Origin: Marsupella aquatica
Lineage: Eukaryota; Plantae; Marchantiophyta
Direction: 5' to 3'
NCBI GenBank assembly: GCA_973895155.1
Contig: OZ316893.1
Coordinates: 682,860 to 746,859 of the forward strand
Length of the DNA: 64,000 bases
Positions 1-13,100 of the stretch are shown one piece after another. The notes below the pieces were generated by a model. The model was not told the origin of the DNA. It did not search any database and saw only the letters and a program-made list of their open reading frames with translations. The translations under genes and the position numbers were made by a program. The stretch's first letter is position 1. Each line of letters opens with the position of its first letter.

Positions 1-1141
1 GGCTCATCCATTTTGACACTGCTCCTCCTTGTGCTGCATTTTTCCTTCCTCATCCTTGCAGCTTCTCCTCCTCCTCCTCCAGCCAACTTCCTCTCCACGT
101 TGCCGTCGTCGTGTGGCCCTCAACTCCAATTCCCCTAAACTCCTTGCTTCGCCCCTTCCTCCTCCTCCCCCTCCCCCTCCTCCTCCTACGACAAAGAGTG
201 CAGCCCCGTCGGCCGCCCCCAACGGGCGTCTTGTGTGGTACGTCCCATGGCTCCCTGAACCCAAGAAACCCCCCAGCTCAAGCCGATTCCCGCAGGTTTC
301 GCACTTGGCGAGGCCGTTTCAGCGGCTTAGCGGCATGGGACGCTGCTAACCTCCTTCTACTACTACTATTAACATTTTACACACATATACTGGACAGATC
401 CTTCATCGGGTCATGAGATACGTAGCCGGCCTAATCTAGGCCTTCCCTTGTCTTCCCCTTCGTCTTGTTAGGTATGTTTGGATTCCGCCGCCGGAATGAT
501 CCCCAATAGGCTTGGTTAAGCCGCTAAGATCTCTCTCAGCTTGACACATCCAACTCTCACTCCCCTGCTTACTTTCCTTCTTCTATTAGTTGATGTGGGC
601 ACTCTTCACACAAGTTAATGCGACACACAAATAGCAAAATGACTCCTTCTGACTGAGTCATACCATGCACTTGCCATACAAACAGTACATCTCATACACA
701 AGCCCTGCGAACTAAGCCGTGAGGCCAACTCTATTCAGCTCTTAGGCATGAGGAAACATGAATATACACAAGGGTCACTGTATGACTAACCGAGAGCTTC
801 TCTTACTACTTGATCCCAGCCCGGCTGGTGCAAACTAAAAACTTGCTAAAGAAGAGGCCCTGAGCTCCCCGCTGCCCAGGTATTTATCCTGGCAGTGGAT
901 CTGTCCAGAACTTGCTGCGTAAGCTTAATCTATCCTACCTGTAATCTACCTAACTATACAGCGAGGCAGGAGCACAAGTGTTGCTCCTGCCAGTGGAACC
1001 GCAATCCCACTAAGCTAAGTGTCAGGGCCGCCTCCTGGTCCTGATCCTAATCCTAAACTTGGAGATCAGCGCCCGCCCTGCCCACTCACGCCTCCTACCT
1101 CCACGTCCGCCCTTCCTAAAAGGAACGGCGCCCTTGCACCG

Positions 1142-4060
1142 TCACGACACCGGTGGTGGATCTTCAATGGACGCCCCCAACGCTTCCTCCTCAGCCATTG
1201 TCGTAGGTTCATTCTCTGACAGATTACCTGCCCTTGACTGAGTCAACTCTCCATCGGCCTGACTGGGTCTACCATCGGCATCGGCGTCGGCTCGGGAATC
1301 ATTCTCGGCTACGGCCTCAGCCTCGGCTATGGTCTCCCCGGCCTGCTCAAGAGGCGGATCTGGGATACCGGCCTCATTATTGAGTAGTTCGGCTTGGGCC
1401 GCGCCATCCCCACCCTTGGTGATAGCGGGATCTATTGTCGTGTTCATGCCAGAGGTTGGTGCTGGGTCTACCTCCTTGGTCACCACGGCCAGTGGAGTCG
1501 TATTACTCCTTGACCCTGAAGGTTTCCGCTTCTTCTTCTTTTCTGGTTCGGCAGCTGGTCCCTTCCCCTTCCCACTTACTTCCGTCACTGGTGCAGGTGG
1601 TGCGGCTTGTTCTTCGGCCAGTACCACACCTGGTAACTTGGTTGCCCCAATTGGAGTTGGGCCTGATGAAGACAAGCACTTAAATACTGCAGCTTGTTTC
1701 TTCAGCCGCTTTGTTTGGTTGTCGGCCCGCCGCTGTAGGTTCTCCATCTTCCTCGTGATTTCCTCCAACTCCTCCTGGGTCTCATCCAGGTCCTTGCGCG
1801 CCTCTTCTAGCTCGTTTTTAGCTTCCTCCAATTTCCTATGGACTTCCTCCAATTCCTTCTTGGTGGTAGCCCTCTCCTCCGGGGTTGCTCTTAGCTCCTT
1901 GTCGAGCTCTGCAATGATGACAGACTCCATCTGGTTCATCTTGGCGTAAGTCTGATCGAGCATCTCGTCCTTCTCCCTTAGGTCGGCCTTGAAGCTGGCC
2001 GTCAGGGATGCAAGCTCCTGCTGCAGCGCCATAATCCCTTGATAGGATTTCCCTAACTCGGCCTCCTTCTGCTCAAGGGCTCCGCGGATTTTCTCGAGCT
2101 CCCCCTTCAACGCCCATTCCTTTCTTTGGGTCTCCGCCATGGCCCGGTTGTTGGCTGTTATATGGGCCTCCTCTGCATTCCTCAGCTCCTTCTTCCATTT
2201 CTCCCTGTCCTTGATTGCGTCGGCCAATTCTCCTTGGGTCCGCGTTAGTAGATTCTTGATCATCCGATTATCAGATTGTGCGGTATCCAACTGGCCCTGC
2301 ATGATATTTAGCTCATGCCGCTTAATCCGCAGCTCATCTTGGGCTTTCTTGGCCACCCTCAGGTCCTTGATTTCGGCTTCCCTTTCCCTAAGCCGATGGA
2401 TGACCTCGTCCTTCTTGCTTCTTTCCAAGGCCACCGCTTCTTCTAATTGGCGCTTCTCCAACATCTCCCTCTGGTAAAAGGGTCCCTGCTCCAACTCCTC
2501 CCCAAATATGCTGAGCGCCAGTTCTCCACACATCTCCCCGTACTCCATGGCTCTGTCCTTAGCATAGGTGGAGGAAGTAGAAGTCATCGGCATCATCCAC
2601 CGCGGCCTCTGCTCCCAAGCCGTCTTGCGGATCTCTTCAATCGTGGCTAGAGGTTTGCTTCCTTTCTCGGCTAGCCGCTTGATGTCCTCCGGCCAATCTC
2701 CTCCTGGAAAATCCTTTTCTCTAGCCAGGGCTGCCTCCTCTTCCTGCCTGATTCGCTCTTGAAATTCCAGCGCCGTCTGTTTTATGCCGTCAAAGCTCGG
2801 GGGAGCAACATCTGGTGGGGGAGACTCAGGGATACTCTGCTGGTTGGGGTCCCCTCGTACTACCCTTGGAAGTGTGGGGATAAACCGGCCACAGGTCCTT
2901 ACTCCTGGAACGTGATGGTCCGACCCATAGCCGGAGTTATCATGGCTGCAGTCCTCCACTGCCTCCTCTACTCCTTGGACTTCCGGCTTCTCCCTCTCCT
3001 CTTCGTCCTTAGGAGCTTCAGGCAATTCTGCCTCAGATTCAGAGCTTGAGACTCCTACGTACATTCGAACACCCGGCTTGGATTCTGGCCTGATTCTCTC
3101 CTTGTCTCCAGTAAAGGGGTTTTCCCTTGTAAGCCGGTGTAGGCCTACCTCTGGAGCAGTGTCCTGCATTGTTGCCGTTGCCGTTGTCGTTGCCGATGCC
3201 GATCTCTTCTCTTTCTCCAGTAGTTTCAGCAGATTCTGCATGCCTAGTTGCTGCATCGGCAAGTCCTCCGTCCTTGGCCTACACACCTGCTCGAGCGTAG
3301 GGCTAATAGGTGGTTGAGGCTTCTCTGCTACCGGCCTCGGTGCTGGAGCTTCCTTGGGTGCCCTTACCTGCAGGGGAAGTACCGGGGCAAAGGTCTGACC
3401 TCTGGCATACCGGCACAACAACGACATGTGATAGCCAAGCCGCGACACGCTCCCCACGCCGATTACCTACTGCTCCTCCTTTAAGATCTTCTTCAATTGG
3501 TTGAGGAGGTACCCGTTGTAGTCCCGGCTTGGGTCTGGCCTCTCTGCCAGATAAACCTGTGCCTTGCCGATCTCTGCCCTCGGCAAGTTACAATGCATGG
3601 TCACCCGCAAGAAGTCGATCATCTCTCCTATGTGCGGGTTGGTGCAGGTGTTCCGGAAGAAGCCATTCTTCATTGATGGCCCGGGGAACGACCGGAACTC
3701 CTTGTCAGGCAAGGTCTTCCTGGTATCAACTTTGGTCTTATTGCCTATCGGCAAGCCAAACACTTCGGCAATCACCTTGGGAGTAAGATAGAAATCCTTC
3801 CCATATATCCTCGTGGAATTGTTCTCGGGTTCCCATGACCCCACGAATTCTAATAAGTTTGAATCTGGCACCTCCGGCTTCAGCCATGGTAATCTTACAA
3901 AGGCCTCTAAGCCGGATCCGGCCATGAAGCCTTGGTACTTCTTGGTCTGCATGGCCGTAAAGCATGCATCCTCCTCCCGTGCAAAATGTAGTTGCACCTC
4001 CACCGGTAGGGTTGCTGCAATCTCAAATGGAGATCCGCACCGCAGAGAAAAATCCAGCAT
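1142..4060 (-). mobile_element. Transposon-associated accessory ORF (N-terminal plant-mobile-element-type domain, long coiled coil, low-complexity tail), split by one in-frame TAG
   Basis: ORFs 3467-4060 and 1142-3457 are in the same frame, separated only by TAG at 3467-3469 (KEEQ*VIGVGSVSR). The segment LEAFVRLPW...LLEFVGSW...LTPKVIAEVFGLP resembles accessory ORFs of plant LTR elements (recognised from memory, not searched). Intronless, with an E/K/L-rich coiled coil. Confidence 0.5.
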
Positions 4061-4372
4061 GCAATCTATTCTTTGCGGGACCTTTACTGCAAGGAATCAT
4101 TTTGCAAAGTGAAGGAGATAGATATAGTAGGTTCAGACCATATTGACCTTTATTTGATTTTCTGGATTTGCAACAGAGAATAACAACTAAACAAAAAGAA
4201 AATGACAGGTACACAGAGTTTATCTGGTTTGTAACAGTAAGTAGATACAACTAAAGTAGGTCCACTATCTACTCGCAAATTATAGCTATCAACTGACTAG
4301 TTGTAAATTGTTGGTCTATTTTATTTTTCAGAAAAGTAACTTGTCAGGTTCATACACCAGCTTCTTGTCATA

Positions 4373-5700
4373 CTAAGCGTCAGGACACTTAATTGCTATG
4401 CGCTTCATATATGGCTCCCACTCAACAATTTTCTGCGACATTTCCTCCAACTCGCCTGCCAGAGTAAGTCTTTTGTTGCCCTGTAGATTCCGGTCCTCCA
4501 TAGCCAAAGTCAGCACATAAAATATGAAAGCAGCCAGATCAAGAGACAGTGAAATTATGTCAGACGGGATATAGTGAACTCCGAAGATTGCCTTGGAAAT
4601 GGCAGCATGCACTGCTAAAGAACCCCAAGGGTCCCATATTCCATCTGACTCAGAGGTTCTCCATGCGTCATTGTGCGTGTGGACCTGTAGTTCTTTTATG
4701 AAATATTCTTTCTCCTGTAAAGTTGATCCTCTGTGATACTTCCTGACTCCCAATTGTTGATACAGCTCATCTCTGAGACTCTGCAAAATAAAATAGTACT
4801 AGAATTTTAGAATAATTATACAACATAAGGAGAGTGAATAGTATTTTACTTCTGATCTTGTTGAAGGCTTACCTTTGTGAGCGATCCTTTTCTCCTCCTC
4901 ATTGCATCTTTCATGATTGCTTTGAAATTTGGTTGGCTGGTATTGTTGTTCCAGGCTCTAACGAATTCATCATGAGATTTCTTGTCTTCAATAGAAATTC
5001 CAAATTCATGCAGCAATGCTTCTTGCTGAATATCCTCTGTAGGATAGAGTAGCTCTTTCTCCAAGAGCAGGTGGCTGACAACAGAGTTCGAAATTCTCTT
5101 TAAAATTCTTGGGTTATAGTGAGCAGGCGGTTCTTTGCTATTCTTCAATGCACTTTGATTTGCTTTGAGTAAACTGAATAGTCTCTTGTGCTTGCTTGAT
5201 CTCTCCCCTCAAAAGTTGAAGTTGTATCCGCTTGCCAGCATTTACCAATGACTTCTGCCGTGTAACCTCCATGTGTGGAATCTCTGCATGCGCAGTGCTT
5301 GCCTCGGGCACCTGATCTGCTAGAAAAGTGCGTGGATTCCCAGAAGATGGCAACGTTGTTTGAAATGGCACCTGACCTTTTGAACAAGCACGTGCATCTC
5401 CAGAAGAATGTAACGGTGGGCTAGGGGAGCCCTCAGGATTTGTACTCTCAAGGGACCCTCGCTGACAGGAACTAGTTTGAGAGTTTCTAACAGTATTGAC
5501 AAAAGTATCTCTCCCTAACTTTTTGCCACTGTGAACAGTGTCTTGATTGAAGCTATGTTTCCTCATGATAGAAATCTTTTTTCAGCAGGTTGGGGAGGCG
5601 TGCCTGGACAGGAAGGAGGAGGAGACACAACTGCTGGAGGAGGAGGGTCTGGATACAGATCCAAATCAATTATGTCGACTTGTCTCCCCTCTACTGCTCG
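4373..5700 (-). pseudogene. Degenerate intron-containing gene of unknown function (possibly TE-derived)
   Basis: ORF 4846-5148 joins ORF 4373-4786 in frame through a phase-0 GT-AG intron 4872-4781 (AAAG|GTAAGC...TTTTGCAG|AGT). There is a frameshift near 5140 to ORF 5138-5566 and a Pro-rich broken frame upstream. Confidence 0.4.
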
Positions 5701-5768
5701 TTGGATAAGCCAGGGCTCAGCCATTGAAAATGAGCCCAAAGTATTTCAAACTTACTTTATGGAATGGT

Positions 5769-5917
5769 GCAAGTGGCCTAGAGGCCATAGATCGACACTT
5801 CTGCAAGTGGCCTGGAGGCCATGGATCAATCGACGCTTCAGCAAGTGGCTTGGAGGCCAGGAATTGACACTTTAGCAAGTGGCCTAGAGCCATGGATTGA
5901 CACCGCAGCAACTGGCC
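5769..5917. repeat. Tandem repeat, ~34-bp unit x ~4
   Basis: GCAAGTGGCCTAGAGGCCATAGATCGACACTTCT-like units read directly. Confidence 0.85.
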
Positions 5918-6109
5918 CGCACCATTGATCTTCATCTCACTTGGAAAATGTAATTATAAAGATCGTTGAAGTGTACTCTACTTGATTTGGAAAATGGCGC
6001 TAGCGCCCCAATTTTGAAATTGAGAATTCTTCTTTTGTTCTGTGGCAGAGGGATTTCAATCGTGAATTGGTAAAGTGTCAATTAGCGTCTTTCTTTGCTC
6101 CATGCATGC

Positions 6110-6172
6110 ATTGTGATCCGTAGAGACTGCCATGGGTGGAAATTGTGATCCGTAGAGACTGCCATGGGTGGA
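6110..6172. repeat. 31-bp direct duplication
   Basis: ATTGTGATCCGTAGAGACTGCCATGGGTGGA occurs twice. Confidence 0.9.
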
Positions 6173-6199
6173 CATGATGTATTATCACGAGATGGAGAA

Positions 6200-7143
6200 C
6201 GGATGGCTCTGCAATGTGGAAATGCAGAGCTGGGAACAAATTTTGTCTCTCGAATCTTAGACTGATTCATTCACCTCGGAGCCTAGAGGAAGGCGCTCAA
6301 TCGTGGACTTCTTGGTTTGAATCCAGTTTTCTTTTTTTGTCCGCTGTTGTTCTGAGAAAGTGGGAATCGGGGGATTTTTATGAGAAGATGGCTCTGCACT
6401 GTGGAAATATATGCAGAGGTGGGAAGTTCTTTCACTTCTCAAATCTTAGACTAATCCGCTCGCCTTGAAGCTGAAAGGAAGGCGCTGAATTGTAGACTTC
6501 TTGGTTTGCTGAATCCAGTTTTTTCTTGCTGTTATGGGAAAGGGGAATTGGAGGATTTTTAGGAAAAGGATGGCTCTGGGGTGTGGAAATGCAGAGGTAG
6601 GAGAGAATTTCACTTCTCGAATCTTACACTGATTCGTTCGCCTTGGAGCTTAAAGGTAGCCGCTGAATCGTGGACATCTTGGTTTGTGGAATCCTATTTT
6701 CGCTTGCTATCCCTTGTTGTTTTGACAATGGGGAATCAGAGGATTCTTAGAAGGATGGCTCTGCGTTGTGGAAATGCGGAGGTAGGAACGAGTTTCACTT
6801 CTCGAATAGATTTATCCGTTTGCATCGGAGCTTAGAGGAAGGCGCTGAATCATGGATTTCTTGGTTGTTGAATCCAGTTTTCTTTTGCTATCCCCTGTTG
6901 TTCTAAGAAAGGGGAAATCAGAGGGTTTGTAGGAGAAGGATGGCTCTGGGGTGTGGAGAGATGGGGACAAATTTCACCTTAGACTGATCCGTTCGCCTCG
7001 GAGCGTAGAGGAAGGTGGTGAATCGTGGTCATCTTGGTTCAGTGAGATCCGTCCAGTTTTTTCTTTCGATTCACTGCTGCTTTGAGAAAGGAAATATCAG
7101 AGGATGTTTAGGACAAGGATGACTGTGCTATGGGGAAATGCAA
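6200..7143. repeat. Diverged tandem array, ~185-bp unit x ~5
   Basis: GATGGCTCTG...TGTGGAAATGC...CTTAGACTGAT...GAAGGCGCTGAATCGTGGACTTCTTGGTT...AATCCAGTTTT recurs, with unit starts near 6202, 6387, 6568, 6753, 6939 and 7118. Confidence 0.9.
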
Positions 7144-9708
7144 AAATGTAAACTAGAGCAGCAGCTTCCACGATTTGGAGTCCCATCAAATAGTTCCGTT
7201 TCGCCAGGTGCTGTCCGAAATTCAACATGGATTGGAGTAGTTTGAGGAGGGGAATTTACCAAGGAACAGACAAAAGAACGGCTTGATTATTGAACTACTG
7301 TGACGCGCTATGCTGATAGACTCTCCACAATCTACGGAGCGCTTTCAACGAGCAGCCCCTTCACCTGATTGCTGGAAACATAGATTTGAGGAGATGGTTT
7401 CCTCAGTCTGTATGTTGTCAAGCTGGTAGTGACTAGGGAATATCGCGTCATGGATCATCTTCGCAGTTCCAATATCAAGCTGCCTTTTGAATGCCTCTTC
7501 TAAATTCTTTGGAAACCCAATGAACTTTGTTCATGAAATGAATTACACGACATTTTGTCGCAAATTGACAAATGTTCACTTGCAAAAATGGCAGAACTAT
7601 GCAAATAGAAGAGTCCACATCTCTCCCTCGAAGCACTCAAGGCTCAGCATAAAATGCGGAGATTGAGCTTGCTTCCTTAATCGAGAACATTCCAGAACGA
7701 TAGATCTAACAAGGTGACCACTTTTGGCACGCAAAAACGTATTACTTATTTCAACCTAGCAGATTTCATGAATTTGGATAACAGTCTTCCCTTCGTGCTT
7801 GAGACGTGGACGGTCCCAATCCTATTGGCTGGGAAGCTCAGAATTTTGCCCGCAGGGATGCAGAGCTGCTCTTGCATGGAGAAACCTGTTTGTGGATCAA
7901 GTCACCGGACAGTGGTCAAGGATTTCACCGGACATGATGCATTCTCACCTGAAGCATCTAGAAGGGGTGAAATTTGGACGATTTGGTCGCTCTTCCAGAT
8001 GTAAATCTTCAATGCGGATGTAACCTCACTCCAGAGATTTCCCCTAGTCCTGACCTATGCAAATCTTCAACTCAAGGTATTAATTTTTTGGTATTGAGCT
8101 GACAATTTATTCCTCTAGGGAAGGGTTGAATTCTATAGCCGGAAAAATTTTCAGTATAGAGAGGGATATTGAATCGAATGAGCCCATAGGGTCCCTAGCT
8201 TGTCTCGATGCTATACTTCCAGCTTCAATTGAACAGTTTTGTAGTGTGTGAAGTGACTCCTTGCTCGCCAAGGATCTCTAAGTTTTGAATAAAAGTTCCT
8301 GAGTGTTGTTTCCTGGCTCTTTTACTCACGTACACAATAGTTTCCCATGTTTTAATCGCTGTTTTGTTTCAGGGTTGATAAAGCTGCTGGCAGACAATGC
8401 CTTGGTGTTTGACACAAGGGGCACTGCAAAATGCAGGAGGAACGCCACAAAGCAAGTGCCAAGCATCTCCATCCACCCTCTTTTGCCGTTACGTTATATT
8501 CCAATACTTCCAAGTCTATTATGAACATTTCGGGATGAATATTAAAGGACTCATCTAGCTTGGCAAGCGTGAGAAAGGCCTCTCTTTGCCTCTCTAATGA
8601 AGCCAAATTCTTCTCTTGGAGCCATTCTATTCCACTCAAATGCGGTGGGTGGCTGAACCTTTGTGTGCAACGAATACGTTGAAGACTAATTTATCTCTTA
8701 TGTCACTGTCAGTTTAGTTGTTTCTCCTTCTGTTGCCAGGTTGTCTTCATTGGAACGTGTATGGTCCTCTCTTTCTGTCTGCGTCTGTTATGGTCTTCGC
8801 CATCTCTTTTGTTCTCCTCTACATCACCCTAGTGTCTTCTGGTGGGGCAGCCCGCGATTAGTGTTCTCGCTGTAGGTTTGAGTACCTCTCATCTGGCAAC
8901 GTCCGTAGCGAGTTCAAAGGAAGAGACCTGATTTTCACCGTGCAGATTGAAACGATAGGCTACACTGCTTACGTCAAGGGATGCATTCCAAAAACAAAGA
9001 AGCCTTCTATCGCCGAGTAAAACTATGAAAACAACATCCCAAGACATTAACAAAAGTTTCGACTAAATCAATTAAGATGAACTCTGAGACTTGTGATCTC
9101 CCCAGAAACCTAAGCTGAAAATTTGCCACCAACGTGTCACAAGGCTAAGTCGTCTCTACAATGATTCTAGCTCGATCTCAAAGACGTTACTAGGTTTTGC
9201 GGTCTACAATCTCCCCGGTGGCCCGATAAGGACCCATGACATCCTACACAATCCATAACAGGTACGCAACGACACCAAATCCAGAAAGCACAATAAAAAT
9301 TGTTCCATTCAGAGGGATAGGGAATCAATCCATCTGCTTAACAACTGCTAATGTTTAGAGCTCAGAATTGCAGGGATAGAGACGAGGAAGGCATCCCGCT
9401 TGTGAAGCCCTTTATCAAGATCTCAAATTGTTAAAAAGTGTCTTGTACAAGACCGGGAAACTCAGATGTCAATCATGGGGAAAATCAAGGAACAAATAAC
9501 TTTTAATTGTTTAACTCCAGTCACTGTGCCTGCTCTACCTTGCTCACAATGCCCTCCCGCCTTGATAACATGTGTTCGAGTAACTATGACAACATTAAAA
9601 GAGGGTCGACGTGCTGCAATCATAGTAAAGTAAGAGCAAGAGATGTGTGGTACAATGAGCTGCATGCACAACCCAATAACTACTTCTTACCCATTATTAA
9701 GTCAATAT

Positions 9709-9818
9709 TGTCAAGGTATGAATGAGAATGAGTCAGTGTATAGTCATGAATGAGAGTACATATAGGGTAGTCGGATGACCGGCTGGTCCGGTCGTCCGGT
9801 CAGAGGTAGAGTCTAACA
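9709..9818 (-). repeat. 3' LTR of the copia element (110 bp)
   Basis: TGTCAAGG...GTCTAACA, identical to 16363-16472. The polypurine tract (minus AAAGGGGAG, 9819-9827) abuts it. Confidence 0.95.
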
Positions 9819-10129
9819 CTCCCCTTTGGATATATAATGACAACTATATAGACAACATAGACTATACCTATTATATCATGTTCATATGAAATACATGATA
9901 TAAGTACAAGCAAGGTAGACTGCCTCGTTAAAAAACCTTTATCAACTCTAGCTTAGTAAAAACTCTACCACTGTAGCAGAGAAAAATATGAGTCCTAAAG
10001 GAAAAAGAATGCAGCCTAATAGTCCTCGTCGCAATAAATGTCAATATTAAATAAAATCAGATGCTATAGTAAATCTAGCTTTAATATTTGTCTCAACAGT
10101 AGGTCGTCAGCATCATGTCATCAGTAGCA

Positions 10130-13100
10130 TCAATCGTCATGTGGAGTAGCAGCCTCCACGGTCATCATGCGTCGCACGCTCCGTAGTCCAATCGCCTGGC
10201 AGTGTCGGTGATGAACTAATGGTGGTAGTGATTTGGTGAAGAGATCCGCGCAGTTGTCTGCACTTGAAATCTGCAAGTGTTGATCTCTTTTCCATGTAAT
10301 TCGTGGGTGTAGAAAAATTTGAGAGCTATATGCTTCATGCGATCGCCTTTGATGAATCCTTTCGTGATCTGCTGTATACATGCTGCGTTATCCTCAAAAA
10401 TGTTAGTAGGTTTCGTTAGTGGTGGTAGGCCGCATTTGGTGTTGATGTGGTTTATAAAGGATCGTAACCAAACGGCTTCACGACTAGTCTCATGTAGAGC
10501 TAAGATTTCTGAGTGATTCAATGAGGTTGCTGTTAGGGTCTGTTTCACGCTTTTCCAAGAAAAAGCGGTACCCCCAATAGTAAAAACATATCCGGTTTGG
10601 GATTTTGCGGTGTCAATGTCGGAAAGATATCCGGCATCCGCATATCCTACGAGTTCGTGGTTTGCACCGAATGGGTAAAATAACTCAATATTGGTGGTGC
10701 CACGTAGATACCTAAATATGTGCTTAACTCTGTTCCAGTGTCTGGTTGTGGGAGTGCACTGTGTCTAGCTAATAAGTTAACTGCAAATGCAATGTTTGGT
10801 TGGGTCTGATTTGCTAGGTACATTAATGCTCCTATCGCGGAAAGGTATGGGGTTTCTGGTCCTAATAGTGGTTCATGTTCTTCGCGCTTGCGAAAAACAT
10901 CAATATTGTTTTCTAATAAACGTAAAACCATTGGTGACGTCAATGGGTGTGCTAGGTTCATATTGAACTATTTTATGATCTTTTCGGTTTGTGTTGTCTG
11001 ATGGAGCATCATGCCAGTGGGTAGGATCTCTAGTTGTAAGCCTAAGCAAAAGTTTGTATGTCCAAGGTCTTTCATCTCAAATGTTGATTTAAGACTAGTA
11101 ATAGTATCTTCTATAATTTGGGGTGTCCGAAATATATTTAAGTCATCAACATATATAGAAACGATGACATATTTGTCATCTACATGTAGATCTAAATGGC
11201 ATCATGGGTAAAACCCATGGTAATCATTTCATCAGTAAATCTTTGATACCATACTCTGCCACTTTGTTTCAGGCCATATAATGCCTTCAACACGCGGATA
11301 GCTAGTCCGCGACGAGTATTCCGTACGGTTGACACAGTGGTGTCGTTATTATGAGTTACATGTGTAGATGACACATGAGGTGTAACTTGAGATAATTGTG
11401 TTATAATCTTATATAAATATGGGATATGCGATTTAGCGCCTTGAGCTAAAGCTCGGCGACGTTGCTCCAACTCGGGAGGTGATCGCATGTATAGACAAGT
11501 GTCTAAAGTTCCATATAGATATGCGGTCGCAACATCCAGTTGTCGCATTTGTAGTTTATGGAAAATGGCAAATCCGATAAGGTATCGGAATGTTGTGCTA
11601 TCCATAACCGGTGAGTAAGTTTCATCGTAATGAATTCCCGGTTGTTGGGTAAATCCTTTCCCTACCAGACGTGCTTTGTAGCGTACAACTTGGCCTTTAT
11701 CATTTCTTTTGCGGACGAATGTCCACTTGTAGCCAATGAGGTGTACGTCTTGCGGTGTTGGCTTGACTGGGCCAAAAGTGTGTCTGCTTAGTAGGGAATC
11801 TAATTCTCCGTTTATAGCTTTTTGCCATTCACGCCAATCTGGTTTGTTTTGGCATTCTAAAATAGATATTGGTTCGGGTGTTTCGTCTGTGATATGTGTT
11901 GCCACCATTACTGCAAAAGCATCATCTATTGAAGTAGTATTTCTATCCCACATCTCGCCGGTGTGTGCGTAGTGGATAGAAATCTCCTCATGAGTTGTGG
12001 ATTCGTTATGATCGACATTAGGTGAAGGTGGTATAGATGAACCACGCCTTCTTGGTTGTTTATCCTTTGATCCCAAGGGTCTGCCACGTTTGGCACGAGG
12101 TTGGGATGTACTTGCTGGCTCACTTGATAATTTGATGCGAGCAGATGCTCTCGCAACTGGAATATGTGAGCGGGTGACTTGTGATGTATCGATAAAAGCG
12201 TCTGGAAGTTCTTCCACAATCTTGTGGAGTTGCAAAATTTGCTGAACTTCTTTCTCCCCTTGATTGGTTCTAAGGTCTTGCCAAATTGACGAATGTCTTT
12301 CCCACTCCAAAGGTGGTTGTGGGTGTTCAGGGGTTATTAATGGTGGATAAACATTTTCATCAAAATGACAATCTAGGAATCTAGATTTAAAGACGTCGCC
12401 AGTTGTAGGCTCCATATATCGGATTATGGACGGAGAGTCGAATCCGATGTATATCCCCAACTGTCGTTGGGGTCCCATCTTGGTTCGTTTGGGTAGAGTA
12501 ATGGGGACCATTACTTGACATCCAAATGAACGAAGGTGGGATAGGTCAGGTTTAATACCATTAGCAATTTGGTATGGGCTATAGGTATTAAAAGCCGATG
12601 GGCGGTATTGGATTAATGCATTAGCCTGTAATATGGCATGTCCCCATGCTGAGACGGGGAGTTTTGACTGCATTAGTAATGGGCGTGCAATTAACTGAAG
12701 GCGTTTAATGACCGCTTCAGCTAATCCATTCTGAAAATGCACGTGAGGTACGGGATACTGTATGTCGATGCCAAGTGATGTGCAAAAGTCGTCAAATGTT
12801 TCGGATGTGAATTCCCTTGCATTGTCCACCCTTAGTGTCTTAATGGGGTGGTCTGGGAATTGTGCTTTCACGCGCAGGATTTGCGCCAAAATGCGAGGCA
12901 TGACCATGTTCCTCGTTGAAAGCAGTGTCACATTTGACCATTTAGTTGATGCGTCGATTAATACCATAAAGTAGCGGAAAGGTCCGCTCGGAGGGTTAAT
13001 TGGCCCGCAAACATCTGCATGGATGATTTCCAAGAATTGGGGTATTTTAGTTGGCAATTTTGATACCGTGGGCCTTGTTATTAATTTGCCGCGTGAGCAT

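Noticed and set aside
4-416. Pro/Gly-rich ORFs at the window start
   Set aside because: Driven by CCT microsatellite-like sequence and truncated by the window edge, with no recognisable domain.
5769-7143. Repeat arrays as a CRISPR-like locus
   Set aside because: Units are contiguous diverged tandem copies with no unique spacers, there are no cas-like ORFs, and the context is eukaryotic.
7150-8700. Possible decayed gene (ORFs 7714-8023, 8352-8639)
   Set aside because: Coding-like composition but stops in all frames and no motif I can assign.
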